Of a stretch of 64,000 nucleotides of DNA, positions 1 to 8,999 are shown one piece after another. The position numbers and the translations under genes are program-made. Under the pieces are notes generated by a model. That model was not told the DNA's origin and did not search any database. It saw nothing but the letters and a program-made list of their open reading frames with translations. How positions within the stretch are numbered: position 1 is the first letter of the stretch; each line of letters begins with the position of its first letter. Source of the DNA: Christensenellaceae bacterium (GTDB taxonomy: Bacteria > Bacillota > Clostridia > Christensenellales > Borkfalkiaceae); assembly GCA_045651955.1 (NCBI GenBank), contig JAZRTI010000020.1, positions 9,667 to 73,666 of the forward strand. The letters are read 5' to 3'.

Positions 1-1
1 T

Positions 2-628
2 GCCCTTCCGGATGAACTTTCTGTTGTTTTGGCAAAATTAAACGTTTTGCTTGCCTACCGAAAACTTTTGGATGATAAGCAGGATGAAAATAAAGGCGGA
101 ATGAAACGGGCATTGTTCCGCAATGCCTATAAAAAAGCGCAAAAATCTTTGCCCAATGCGGATGTTGCAATTAAGGAAGAATATGCCCGTTTAATACAAA
201 TGGAACGGGCGGGGGAAGTAAGCCCGGATAAAGTTGCTGATGCCTTTGGTGTTATGATGCAACGCGTTATAAAAGCCTTGCCGTTACAACATGTTTCGGA
301 TGCTCTTTACCAATTTGCCTACTTTATGGGTAAATGGATTTATTTAATTGATGCTTTGGACGACTTTGAAAAGGATGGCAGGAAAAATTCTTACAACGTG
401 TTCCGCTTGGCTTACCCCAAAGCACAAACGCTGCAAGATTTAATTATACTGTCAAAAGAAGAATTGCAAACGCTTTTTGGCAGTACGGTTGCCGCAGCAC
501 AAACCGCATACAGTGCCTTAACTTTTTATTTTAATCATGATTTGTTAGATAATATCGTTTTTTTAGGCATCCCGCGGGAAACCGAACGAATACTTAAAAA
601 AGGAGAAGTGAATGAGAAATCCGTATGA
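2..628 (+). CDS. DUF5685-like protein, 5' end outside the window
   Basis: The frame is open from the window edge, with no stop upstream of the ORF-track Met at 29. It has an Asp-rich LIDALDDFEKD motif. The family assignment is from memory of clostridial DUF5685 proteins and is unverified. Confidence 0.45.
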   Translation, partial: ALPDELSVVLAKLNVLLAYRKLLDDKQDENKGGMKRALFRNAYKKAQKSLPNADVAIKEEYARLIQMERAGEVSPDKVADAFGVMMQRVIKALPLQHVSDALYQFAYFMGKWIYLIDALDDFEKDGRKNSYNVFRLAYPKAQTLQDLIILSKEELQTLFGSTVAAAQTAYSALTFYFNHDLLDNIVFLGIPRETERILKKGEVNEKSV

Positions 629-1214
629 AGTGCTTGGCGTTGATAATGGCGCCTCCATGGAAGAAATTACCGCGAAATATCAGCAGTTAAAGGAAACGTA
701 TGGAGAAGCACGTTTTTCTCAGGGAGAGGAAGGGAATCGCGCTGCGCGCATGCTAACCGAACTGGAAAGTGCATACGCAGAAATCAGTGCGGAACGCGCT
801 TATGCCCAAGGAACTCAAAATAACGCAAAAGGTGATTTTGCCGGGGTTGAAGGGGTAATCAAAGCAGGGGATTTAGACAAAGCACAAATGCTTTTGGATA
901 TGGTTGCGGATCGGACTGCGGAATGGCATTACCTGCAATCTTATATTTATTACCGGAAAAACTGGATGAATGAAAGCAAAAAACAGCTGGAAATCGCCGT
1001 TTCTATGGATGGGGAAAATCCCAAATATCAAAAGGCTTTGGTTGAACTTAATAAAAGGATGCAGGCAGATCAGCAACGCGTGTTCACTTCGGGCAATGCC
1101 GCGTACGGTGGACAGCCCTACGGCGCTAACGACGGGCAAATGGGCGGCAATGCTTTGGCGGATTGCTGTACCACTTATCTTTGCTGTCAAGCCCTTAGTT
1201 GTTTCTGTCGCTGA
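612..1214 (+). CDS. J-like domain protein lacking HPD, with a Cys-rich C-terminal tail
   Basis: NPYEVLGV...EEITAKYQQLKETYGE resembles J-domain helices I-II, but the HPD position reads TYGEAR. The tail DCCTTYLCCQALSCFCR has 6 Cys in its last 16 residues. It overlaps the upstream ORF by 17 nt. Confidence 0.6.
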   Translation: MRNPYEVLGVDNGASMEEITAKYQQLKETYGEARFSQGEEGNRAARMLTELESAYAEISAERAYAQGTQNNAKGDFAGVEGVIKAGDLDKAQMLLDMVADRTAEWHYLQSYIYYRKNWMNESKKQLEIAVSMDGENPKYQKALVELNKRMQADQQRVFTSGNAAYGGQPYGANDGQMGGNALADCCTTYLCCQALSCFCR

Positions 1215-1216
1215 TA

Positions 1217-1726
1217 ATGAACACTAAAGTAATTTCCATCTCCGCAATCGCAGCGGCAATTTCGGGGCTTTTGGTGGGTGTTGGTTGCTACCTGGGGAAC
1301 CTTGATTTTTCCTTGTTTTTATTTGCGGGTATTTTTCTTACCATACCGCTGTATCGCAATTCGGTTTGGGGATGTGTGCTTGCGTATCTTGCAGGCGGGT
1401 TTATCGGGCTGATGATTTCGGGGTTTAATATTATTTTGATTTTCCCCTATTTCGTTTGGTTCGGAATTCATCCCGTACTGGGTTGTGTGCTGGCAAGGAA
1501 AGGTGTGAACCGCTGGATTGCCTTTTTGGTTAAACTGTTTTTTTTGGAATTAACTGTTTTTTTGCTGTTACAGTTTACCCAAGTATTAAGCATTAAAATA
1601 GACTTTTTTTCATCTAACGCGTGGATTTTTTATCTTGCGGCAGTGCCTGTACTCCTTTTATATGACCGCATGGTGGAATTTATCGTGTGTTATCTGTTTC
1701 GTATACTGTATAAAATCGCAAAATAA
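1217..1726 (+). CDS. polytopic membrane protein, unknown function
   Basis: The translation is hydrophobic with about 5-6 predicted TM segments. ATG 1217 lies directly after the upstream stop, and terminator 1728-1751 follows. TTG 1199 is an alternative start. Confidence 0.55.
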   Translation: MNTKVISISAIAAAISGLLVGVGCYLGNLDFSLFLFAGIFLTIPLYRNSVWGCVLAYLAGGFIGLMISGFNIILIFPYFVWFGIHPVLGCVLARKGVNRWIAFLVKLFFLELTVFLLLQFTQVLSIKIDFFSSNAWIFYLAAVPVLLLYDRMVEFIVCYLFRILYKIAK

Positions 1727-1727
1727 A

Positions 1728-1751
1728 ACGCACCCGATGGGTGCGTTTTTT
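1728..1751. terminator. bidirectional rho-independent terminator
   Basis: The stem acgcaccc/gggtgcgt has loop gat, with an A-run upstream and a T-run downstream. It lies between convergent ORFs. Confidence 0.8.
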
Positions 1752-1914
1752 ACGTGATAGGAACTTCGCTATTCCTGCGTTGACAATCGCATAATCCACA
1801 AAATGCAGTAGTGGATAAAAATGCTGCAATAATTAACAGTTGTGTAAAGGAAATTACACCATTATTTTTCAAAATAAAAAGCAAAGCAACCAAAACGATG
1901 CACTCGTTACTCAT
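1750..1914 (-). CDS. small (54 aa) membrane protein with a CGLCDC motif
   Basis: This is the internal Met of the 139-aa minus ORF. A GGGGG Shine-Dalgarno lies 6 nt upstream of ATG 1914. It has two hydrophobic segments followed by CGLCDCQ, and it is divergent from the ArsR-family gene. Confidence 0.35.
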   Translation of the reverse strand: MSNECIVLVALLFILKNNGVISFTQLLIIAAFLSTTAFCGLCDCQRRNSEVPIT

Positions 1915-2053
1915 AGATTCCCCCTTTTTGACAGGATTCTTCAATGTTACACGATATGCGGCAAAATTAGGATTTATTCTCCCTTGCGCGATTCTACCTG
2001 TTTTTGTTATACTTGTTTCGGAAAACATATGTGAAAGAATAAGGAGGAAGCAT

Positions 2054-2392
2054 ATGAACGCAACGCTGTTACTGGATGAACGAACGAAAACTTTGGTGGA
2101 GCAGTACGTGCCGTCGGGGGATTTACTGCTTGAACTGGTGGATTTTTTTAATATTTTTTCGGATTCCACAAGGTTGAAACTTTTATCGGCACTTGCAATT
2201 TCCGAAATGTGTGTTACCGATTTATCACGCGTTTTAGAATTAAATCAAACTACCGTTTCGCACCAATTGCGATACTTAAAGGATTTGGGCGCGGTGAAAC
2301 AGGAACGGCAAGGAAAAATTATTTTTTATTCGCTAAAAAACGAAGCGTTAAACGACGTACTGTTGAAAGGTGTGGAATTTTTAGGGTTTTGA
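2054..2392 (+). CDS. ArsR/SmtB-family transcriptional regulator
   Basis: FSDSTRLKLLSAL...CVTDLSRVLELNQTTVSHQLRYLKDLG is a winged-HTH sequence typical of ArsR. AGGAGG lies upstream of ATG 2054. The upstream part of ORF 1811..2392 looks non-coding. Confidence 0.85.
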   Translation: MNATLLLDERTKTLVEQYVPSGDLLLELVDFFNIFSDSTRLKLLSALAISEMCVTDLSRVLELNQTTVSHQLRYLKDLGAVKQERQGKIIFYSLKNEALNDVLLKGVEFLGF

Positions 2393-2403
2393 TAAGTAAA
2401 CGT

Positions 2404-2432
2404 TTTACAAAGGAAAGAAAAAGGGGTATAAT
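2404..2432 (+). promoter_or_regulatory. sigma-A-type promoter of uvrC (TTTACA-17-TATAAT)
   Basis: The -35 is at 2404-2409 and the -10 at 2427-2432. The uvrC ATG is at 2439 with no Shine-Dalgarno between them, which implies a leaderless transcript. Confidence 0.5.
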
Positions 2433-2438
2433 ATTTAT

Positions 2439-4274
2439 ATGGAAACCATTAGAAAAAAACTATCGGGCCTGCCAGATACCCCCGGTTGCTATATTATGAA
2501 AAATGCGGAAGGGCAAATAATTTACGTTGGTAAAGCGATAAACTTAAAACGCCGTGTTTCGCAGTATTTTCATGCAAACGTAAAAGGGGAAAAAGTGCGC
2601 CGTATGGTAGAAAACGTGGCGGATTTTGACTACGTTGTTACCCCCTCGGAAATGGATGCCCTTGCTTTGGAATCCAACTTAATAAAAAAACACAAACCTA
2701 AATACAATATCCTATTAAAGGATGATAAGCGCTATCCCTATATTCGTGTAGACGTAAAAAACCCCTTTCCCACATTTACCGTTTCCAGAAAAGTGAAAAA
2801 GGACGGTGCAAAATATTTTGGTCCGTTTATGGGTGGGGTAAACGTTAACGAGGTATTGGAACTTCTGAACTGCGCATTTTCTATTCGTCCCTGTACCGTT
2901 ACGTTAAACGCCGGAAAAGCAAAAAAACCCTGTCTAAACTACCATTTGGGCAAATGTCTTGCCCCGTGTGCAGGCGCATGCAGCAGGGCGGAATACCTAA
3001 AACACGTGCAAATGGCAACGGACTTTCTTTCGGGCAGTGAAGAAGGGGTACAAGCGCTTTTAACCGAACGCATGATGAAGTTTGCGGAAAACGAGCAGTT
3101 TGAACTTGCTATTCGCATGAAATCCCAACTGGCAATGCTGGAAAAAATCCGATTAAAACGATTAACGGATATTCCGCGTTGTTTATCAGCCGACGTGCTT
3201 GCTTATGAAACTGACGGTATATACGCCACGGTAAGCATGCTGTTTGTGCGTGCGGGTAGAATGCTTGGTGCGGAAAATTTTACTGTGGAGCGCGGCATTG
3301 ATGGTGAAAACGAGGCAATTGAGAGCATTTTATTGCAGTTTTACCGTGAAGGGAAAGAACTGCCCGAAGAAATTATTTTAGCGGGTTTGCCCACAGAATT
3401 TGCCGTACTAAAAGAATACCTAAAAAATTTACATGGAAAAAACGTTCGGTTTACTTTCCCAAAGGTTGGGGTAAAAAAGGAACTTTTGCATATGGCGCAT
3501 GCCAACGCCAAAGAATTTTTGGAAAAAAACGTGGAAAAATTCCAAACCAAAACGGCAATGACGGTGCAGGCTTGTAGCAGATTGCAAACCATTCTTTCCC
3601 TGCCGCGCTATCCAAAACGGATGGAATGTTACGATATTTCTAACGTTAGCGGCGTAGATAAAGTGGGAAGCATGACCGTGTTTTTGGATGGGGAGCCGGC
3701 AAAAACCGAATATCGGCGTTTCAAGATAAAAACGGTGGATGGCGCTAACGATTTTCTTTCTTTACAAGAAGTTCTTGCCCGTAGGCTGGAAAAACTGGGA
3801 ACGGCAGAAGAATCCCGTTTTCCCAAGCCGGATTTGATTGTGATTGACGGCGGAAAAGGGCAACTTTCTTCTGTAAAAGAAGTGTTTGACCGCATGGGGA
3901 TTGCGGATATTCCTTTGATTTCTCTTGCGGAAAGGGAGGAGGAAATTTTTACAGTTTCCAATCGGGAATCTATACGGTTGGACCGCAGGGATGTGGCGCT
4001 GAAATTATTGCAACGCATTCGGGACGAGGCACACCGTTTTGCCCTATCTTATCACCAAACCTTGCGTGATAAACGTATGACGAAAGAGTCCTTGCAAGAT
4101 ATTACGGGGGTGGGCGCGGAAAGGTCAAAAAGCATAATGGCACATTTCCATTCCGTGCAGGCGATAAAAAAGGCAACACATAAGCAGTTGATGGCTGCAC
4201 CGGGTGTGGGAAAACAGTTGGCAAAGGATATTTATAAGCATTTTCACAAGGAGAAAAAGGATAATCATGAATAA
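2439..4274 (+). CDS. uvrC: excinuclease ABC subunit C
   Basis: It has an N-terminal GIY-YIG (PGCYIMKNAEGQIIYVGKAINLKRRV), a UvrBC domain, an Endo V-like domain and a C-terminal HhH. Length is 611 aa. Confidence 0.95.
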   Translation: METIRKKLSGLPDTPGCYIMKNAEGQIIYVGKAINLKRRVSQYFHANVKGEKVRRMVENVADFDYVVTPSEMDALALESNLIKKHKPKYNILLKDDKRYPYIRVDVKNPFPTFTVSRKVKKDGAKYFGPFMGGVNVNEVLELLNCAFSIRPCTVTLNAGKAKKPCLNYHLGKCLAPCAGACSRAEYLKHVQMATDFLSGSEEGVQALLTERMMKFAENEQFELAIRMKSQLAMLEKIRLKRLTDIPRCLSADVLAYETDGIYATVSMLFVRAGRMLGAENFTVERGIDGENEAIESILLQFYREGKELPEEIILAGLPTEFAVLKEYLKNLHGKNVRFTFPKVGVKKELLHMAHANAKEFLEKNVEKFQTKTAMTVQACSRLQTILSLPRYPKRMECYDISNVSGVDKVGSMTVFLDGEPAKTEYRRFKIKTVDGANDFLSLQEVLARRLEKLGTAEESRFPKPDLIVIDGGKGQLSSVKEVFDRMGIADIPLISLAEREEEIFTVSNRESIRLDRRDVALKLLQRIRDEAHRFALSYHQTLRDKRMTKESLQDITGVGAERSKSIMAHFHSVQAIKKATHKQLMAAPGVGKQLAKDIYKHFHKEKKDNHE

Positions 4275-5100
4275 CGAAAGCATGCAGTTCAACGTGGCGG
4301 TTTCGGACTATGACGGAACTTTGGCACATGACGATAATACGGTGGCACAAAGTTCTGTACAGGCAATTTTAGAATTTATTAAGCGCGGCGGAACGTTTAT
4401 GATTTCCACCGGAAGGGGCCCCACGGGGATTTTACCCGCCGTACACCGCATGGGAATTGAAAAGGGCTTGGTAATGTGTTTGCAGGGCAACGTGATTTGT
4501 GATATTCAAACGGGTGAAATGATTGCAAATACGGGTATGCCCAAGGAAATGGCGGTAAAAATTCTTCGCTTGTTAGAGCCGGACGGATTGAATATCGTTG
4601 CATATTTGGATGGAATCGGGCATACGGACGTGATAACCCCTTACATCAAGTTTTATAATGACTTGAACGGTGCAAAAAGTGTAGAGGTGCATAAACCGCT
4701 TTCCCAATACGTTGCGGAAAATGATATGAAAGTTAATAAAATTATCATCATACAGGATCCCGAAATCATTACAAAATACCGCGAGCAATATCTGGATTCT
4801 TTTCCCGGTATTTCTGTAAACAAAAGCGCATCCATTTTGCTGGAATTTTCAGATGCGCATATGAGCAAGGGGATTGCATTAACGAATTTTAGAAATTCGC
4901 ATTTATCAACAGAAGATAAAGTTGTTGCTTTTGGGGATACGCAAATTGACATCAGTTTGTTAAAAGCCGCGGATATGGGTGTTGCCGTAGGCAATGCAAT
5001 GCAGGAAGTAAAGGATGCCGCAGATTTGGTAACGCTTTCTAACGATCAGAACGGTGTGGAATACGTTATCCGTAAATATTGCTTGGGAGAACAAATATAG
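4267..5100 (+). CDS. Cof-type HAD-IIB phosphatase
   Basis: DYDGTL motif I, GDTQIDISLL and GNAM motifs are present. AAGGAG lies upstream of ATG 4267. It overlaps the uvrC stop. Confidence 0.8.
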   Translation: MNNESMQFNVAVSDYDGTLAHDDNTVAQSSVQAILEFIKRGGTFMISTGRGPTGILPAVHRMGIEKGLVMCLQGNVICDIQTGEMIANTGMPKEMAVKILRLLEPDGLNIVAYLDGIGHTDVITPYIKFYNDLNGAKSVEVHKPLSQYVAENDMKVNKIIIIQDPEIITKYREQYLDSFPGISVNKSASILLEFSDAHMSKGIALTNFRNSHLSTEDKVVAFGDTQIDISLLKAADMGVAVGNAMQEVKDAADLVTLSNDQNGVEYVIRKYCLGEQI

Positions 5101-5137
5101 CAGTGCGCAAAGATTGTGTTCATTGCATATATTTTAT

Positions 5138-5167
5138 AAGGGATACGCTTGTATCCCTTAATTTTTT
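5138..5167 (+). terminator. rho-independent terminator
   Basis: The stem aagggatac/gtatccctt has loop gctt and is followed by aatttttt. Confidence 0.8.
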
Positions 5168-5236
5168 GTATAAACCGCTTGAAAAGTATGCGAAATATTT
5201 GAGTTTTTTTTCATTTTGCGGTATAATGAGGTATAT

Positions 5237-6121
5237 ATGACCTTTAAGGTGGGGAATTTTGTTCCACGCTATGAAAAAAACGTTTCTTTGGCACGCTTTT
5301 CTACCATGCGCGTAGGGGGCGTTGCAAACTATGTGTTTTTCCCCAGAACCGAATCGGAGGTGTTTGCGGTTATCCAAGCCCTTCGCGGTGAATCCTATCG
5401 CTTTATCGGGAATGGAAGCAACGTTTTGTTTGCGGAAGGAACCCTTGCCACGCCCTTGATTTATACGGGGAACTTGCGGGAAATTACCCTTACTTCTACG
5501 GGGATTTTTGCAGGCGCAGGTGTTCCGTTACCCCTATTATATGCACGCGCAAAAGCGCTTGGTTTTACGGGTTGCGAGTTTTTTTCGGGAATACCCGGAA
5601 CGGTGGGCGGCGGTGTGGTTATGAACGCCGGTGCCTTTGGCAAAAGCCTTTCGGACGTCCTTGTTTCGGTGCGTACCGTAAATGGTGAAATACCCACTTG
5701 CGAATGTGGATTTTCCTATCGGAACAGTTGCTTTGTATCTCAGGGGATTCCCGTTCTGGGTGCAACGTTTACATTTCCTTCGGGAGATAAAGGGGATAGC
5801 GAAAAACGCGAACGCCGCTACCGTGAAATACGCATCACTTCACAGCCCTTACACTTGCCCAGTCTTGGCTCGGTATTTCAATCGGTGAACGGGTGTTCTG
5901 CTTGGCAATTTGTGGATGGGGCAGGGATGCGCGGCGCTGCCATTGGTGGGGCTATGGTTTCTGAAAAACACGCAAATTTTATTGTGAATACCGGGAATGC
6001 TACTGCCATGGACGTTTATCGCTTAATTCAAACCGTAAAAAAACGCGTGTTTGATGTATACGGCATTTTATTAAAAGAAGAAATCCATTATATCGGAGAA
6101 TTTTATGATACTGACTGCTGA
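5237..6121 (+). CDS. murB: UDP-N-acetylenolpyruvoylglucosamine reductase
   Basis: It has the FAD-binding N-terminus LARFSTMRVGG...IGNGSNVLF and a MurB C-terminal domain. The start could be ATG 5237 or TTG 5216. Confidence 0.9.
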   Translation: MTFKVGNFVPRYEKNVSLARFSTMRVGGVANYVFFPRTESEVFAVIQALRGESYRFIGNGSNVLFAEGTLATPLIYTGNLREITLTSTGIFAGAGVPLPLLYARAKALGFTGCEFFSGIPGTVGGGVVMNAGAFGKSLSDVLVSVRTVNGEIPTCECGFSYRNSCFVSQGIPVLGATFTFPSGDKGDSEKRERRYREIRITSQPLHLPSLGSVFQSVNGCSAWQFVDGAGMRGAAIGGAMVSEKHANFIVNTGNATAMDVYRLIQTVKKRVFDVYGILLKEEIHYIGEFYDTDC

Positions 6122-6890
6122 TTATCATACGCATACGACGTATAGCCACGGAAAAGGAACTGTTGCTGAAAATGCTGCCGTTGCGGAAGAAAAAGGGCTG
6201 AAAGAAATAGCCATCAACGATCACGGTTTTTCTCATCCCGCATTTGGAATCCGCCCACGCATGCTTTCGGCAATGCGCGCGGATATTGACGGTGTAAACG
6301 AGTGTGTGCGTCCCAAAATCCTAATGGGCGTAGAATCCAATTTACTTGGCGAAAGCGGTGCGATTGATGTAAAACCCGAATATTATGAATACTTTGATAC
6401 CATTTCGGTTGGATTTCATAAATTTATTAAGTACGAAAGGTTAAAGGATTGGTTTGTTTTTTTGGGAAAAAACTTTTTCACGCAGGCGTTAAAGAAAAAT
6501 CCTTCGGACAAGTTAATTCAAATGAATACCAAAGCATATATCCGTGCCATTGAAAAACATCCCATTGATATTATTACGCACTTAAATTTCGGTGTGTTTG
6601 CCGATGCTGTAGAAGTTGCAAAAGCAGCACGCGACCACGGTGTGTATATTGAATTAAACGCAAAGAAAACCCATTTATCGGATGAAGAACTATATCGCGT
6701 TGCACAAACGGGCGTGCGCTTTGTTATAGGCAGCGATGCGCATACTTCTGACCGCGTTGGGGAAATTTCCTTGGTGGAATCCATGTTAAACCGCGTGTCT
6801 ATTCCTTTGGAACAAATTGACAATATTGACGGCAGATTGCCCGTTCTGCGTTTTCAGGCATTTAAGCGTGAGCATGGTATCGGCAGGTAA
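6105..6890 (+). CDS. PHP-domain phosphoesterase
   Basis: DYHTHTTYSHG and NDHG metal-binding motifs are present. It overlaps the murB end by 17 nt. Confidence 0.8.
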   Translation: MILTADYHTHTTYSHGKGTVAENAAVAEEKGLKEIAINDHGFSHPAFGIRPRMLSAMRADIDGVNECVRPKILMGVESNLLGESGAIDVKPEYYEYFDTISVGFHKFIKYERLKDWFVFLGKNFFTQALKKNPSDKLIQMNTKAYIRAIEKHPIDIITHLNFGVFADAVEVAKAARDHGVYIELNAKKTHLSDEELYRVAQTGVRFVIGSDAHTSDRVGEISLVESMLNRVSIPLEQIDNIDGRLPVLRFQAFKREHGIGR

Positions 6891-6893
6891 ATT

Positions 6894-7856
6894 ATGAATT
6901 TTACCACGGCACTAAAAAATGAAATTCTTGCGCAAAAGCCCGAAAATTCTTGCTGTGAATATGCGATACTGGCAGGATTTTTACGTTCTTGTGTTTCCGT
7001 AATAAAAAACAGCGCAGGGTACGGGTTTGAATTACGTGTGGAAAGTGAGGAGATATCTAATTTTTCATCCGAACTTCTTTCTAAACTTTACAGTGTAGAA
7101 CCCGATTTGTTTGGTTTGCAGGAAGATAGGCTAAACGCCTGTGATCGGTACATTTTGCGCTATCACGGAGAACGCGCCTTGCTTTTAATGAAGGAATTAG
7201 GCTTGCTTTCCTTTGGCGCCGTTCCCGAACTGTTGTCCACCATTTCTCCCTATTTAACCGAAAATGAATGTTGCCGCAGGGCGTACTTAAAAGGGGTGTT
7301 TTTGGGGGCAGGGTCTGCCACTCTTCCCGAAAAAATTACTGCGGATGCTGTGCAAAAAACAGGTACGGGGTATCACCTGCAATTTGTGTTTGGTTCACAC
7401 GCGTTTGCAAGTGCGTTTTGTGCCTTTTTGGCAGAATTTGACCTGTTACCCAAATTGATAGAGCGTAAAAACGGCTTTGTTGTATATTTTAAAAGCAGCC
7501 AGCAAATCAGTGATCTTCTCGCTTTAATCGGGACCAGTAACGGCGTGCTTACTTTGCAGGATCGGTTGGTGGAAAAGTCTTTTCAAAACGACTTAAACCG
7601 CCGTGTGAATTGTGAAATGGGGAATATGACCAAACAGGTCAACGCGTTTGTTTCACAAAAAATAGCAATTGAGGGGATTGATCAGGTTTTGGGGTTGGAA
7701 AGTTTGCCCGAACAGTTGCAACAGGTTTGTTCTGCCCGTTTGCAGAATCCGGATGTTTCCATGGAAGGTCTTGCCGAAATACTGGGAATTACCAAAAGTT
7801 GCTTAAATCACCGTTTAAGAAAAATAATGTCTATTTATCGCAGCATTACGCAATAA
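6894..7856 (+). CDS. whiA: DNA-binding protein WhiA
   Basis: N-terminus TALKNEIL...CCEYAILAGFLR, a LAGLIDADG-like middle region and a C-terminal HTH. Length is 320 aa. Confidence 0.9.
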   Translation: MNFTTALKNEILAQKPENSCCEYAILAGFLRSCVSVIKNSAGYGFELRVESEEISNFSSELLSKLYSVEPDLFGLQEDRLNACDRYILRYHGERALLLMKELGLLSFGAVPELLSTISPYLTENECCRRAYLKGVFLGAGSATLPEKITADAVQKTGTGYHLQFVFGSHAFASAFCAFLAEFDLLPKLIERKNGFVVYFKSSQQISDLLALIGTSNGVLTLQDRLVEKSFQNDLNRRVNCEMGNMTKQVNAFVSQKIAIEGIDQVLGLESLPEQLQQVCSARLQNPDVSMEGLAEILGITKSCLNHRLRKIMSIYRSITQ

Positions 7857-7981
7857 AATGCTAATTTTTCTTAAGAAAAATAAAAAATATTCGTTTTCAG
7901 GTTGAAAACAGTTGTGTTTTCCCTAAAAAATGATAAAATAATAAAGAGAATAATTTTTTTTGGACATGGAGGGCGTTACAG

Positions 7982-8950
7982 ATGAAAACCATTGGTGTAC
8001 TTACCAGCGGGGGGGATTGCCCCGGTATGAACGCATGCGTTCGCGCCGTTGTTCGCTGTGCAACTACGCATGGCATGAAAGTTTATGGAATCAACCGCGG
8101 TTATCAGGGGATGTTGGAGGGTGATATGCAACTTTTTGACCCCATTGCGGTTTCCGGATTGATGGGCAACGGTGGTACAGTTCTTCATACTGCACGTTGT
8201 ATAGAATTTAAGAATCCCGAAGGCAGAAAAAAGGCTGCGGATAAGTTAAGGGAGTTTGGTATTGAAGGTTTAATCGTTTGCGGTGGGGACGGTTCTTTTG
8301 CAGGCGCAAAAGCGTTGTGTGAAGAACAAAATATTCCTTGTATCGGGATTCCCTGCACCATTGATAACGACTTAAATTATACCGATTTTACTTTGGGTTT
8401 TGATACGGCGGTAAATACTGCAATAGACTGCATTCGTAACGTGGTGGATACCATGACTTCGCACGAACGCGTTTGTATTGTGGAAGTTATGGGCAGAAAT
8501 TGTGGGGATATTGCACTGTATGCCGGTATTGCCAGTGGGGCAGATGGGATTATAATTCCCGAAAAACCCTATGATTTGGATCAACTTGCCCAACGCATTA
8601 AAAATACCCGTAAAATGGGTAAGGAATCCAACCTAATCGTTCTTGCGGAAGGTTGTGGTCATGCACACGCATACGTGGTGCAATTTGAACGCTTACTGCC
8701 CGAATACAGCATTCGCGGAACGAACTTGGGTTATTTACTACGCGGCGGCGATCCTTCTATGTACGACCGTGTATTTGCTTCCCGCGCGGCAATCCGTGCC
8801 GTTGAACTGTTAGAACAGGGAGTTGGTAACCGTGTTGTGGGCGTTAAGAATAGTCAGATTATTGATTTGGATATTTTTGAAGCCTTAAATATGCCGAAAA
8901 AAGATAACCGAGAACTGTACTCGGTATTCCATCAACTCGTTTTAGGCTAA
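7982..8950 (+). CDS. pfkA: ATP-dependent 6-phosphofructokinase
   Basis: IGVLTSGGDCPGMNA, GGDGS, PCTIDNDL and MGR motifs are present. Confidence 0.95.
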   Translation: MKTIGVLTSGGDCPGMNACVRAVVRCATTHGMKVYGINRGYQGMLEGDMQLFDPIAVSGLMGNGGTVLHTARCIEFKNPEGRKKAADKLREFGIEGLIVCGGDGSFAGAKALCEEQNIPCIGIPCTIDNDLNYTDFTLGFDTAVNTAIDCIRNVVDTMTSHERVCIVEVMGRNCGDIALYAGIASGADGIIIPEKPYDLDQLAQRIKNTRKMGKESNLIVLAEGCGHAHAYVVQFERLLPEYSIRGTNLGYLLRGGDPSMYDRVFASRAAIRAVELLEQGVGNRVVGVKNSQIIDLDIFEALNMPKKDNRELYSVFHQLVLG

Positions 8951-8958
8951 ACGTTCGT

Positions 8959-8987
8959 GGACCCAAACCGTGTTTGGGTCCTTTTTT
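8959..8987 (+). terminator. rho-independent terminator
   Basis: The stem ggacccaaac/gtttgggtcc is followed by a T6 run. Confidence 0.85.
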
Positions 8988-8999
8988 ATAGGTGTTATC

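Noticed and set aside
1787-1822. Two 8-of-9 DnaA-like boxes (taatccaca and agtggataa) in inverted orientation
   Set aside because: The matches are imperfect, lie inside the small minus ORF and stand alone. They could be chance in AT-rich DNA. Similar 7-8 of 9 matches occur at 12057-12094 and at about 36519.
1811-2053. N-terminal 81 codons of ORF 1811..2392
   Set aside because: This part is a hydrophobic, low-complexity translation antisense to the small minus ORF. The ArsR domain starts at Met 2054, which has an AGGAGG site.
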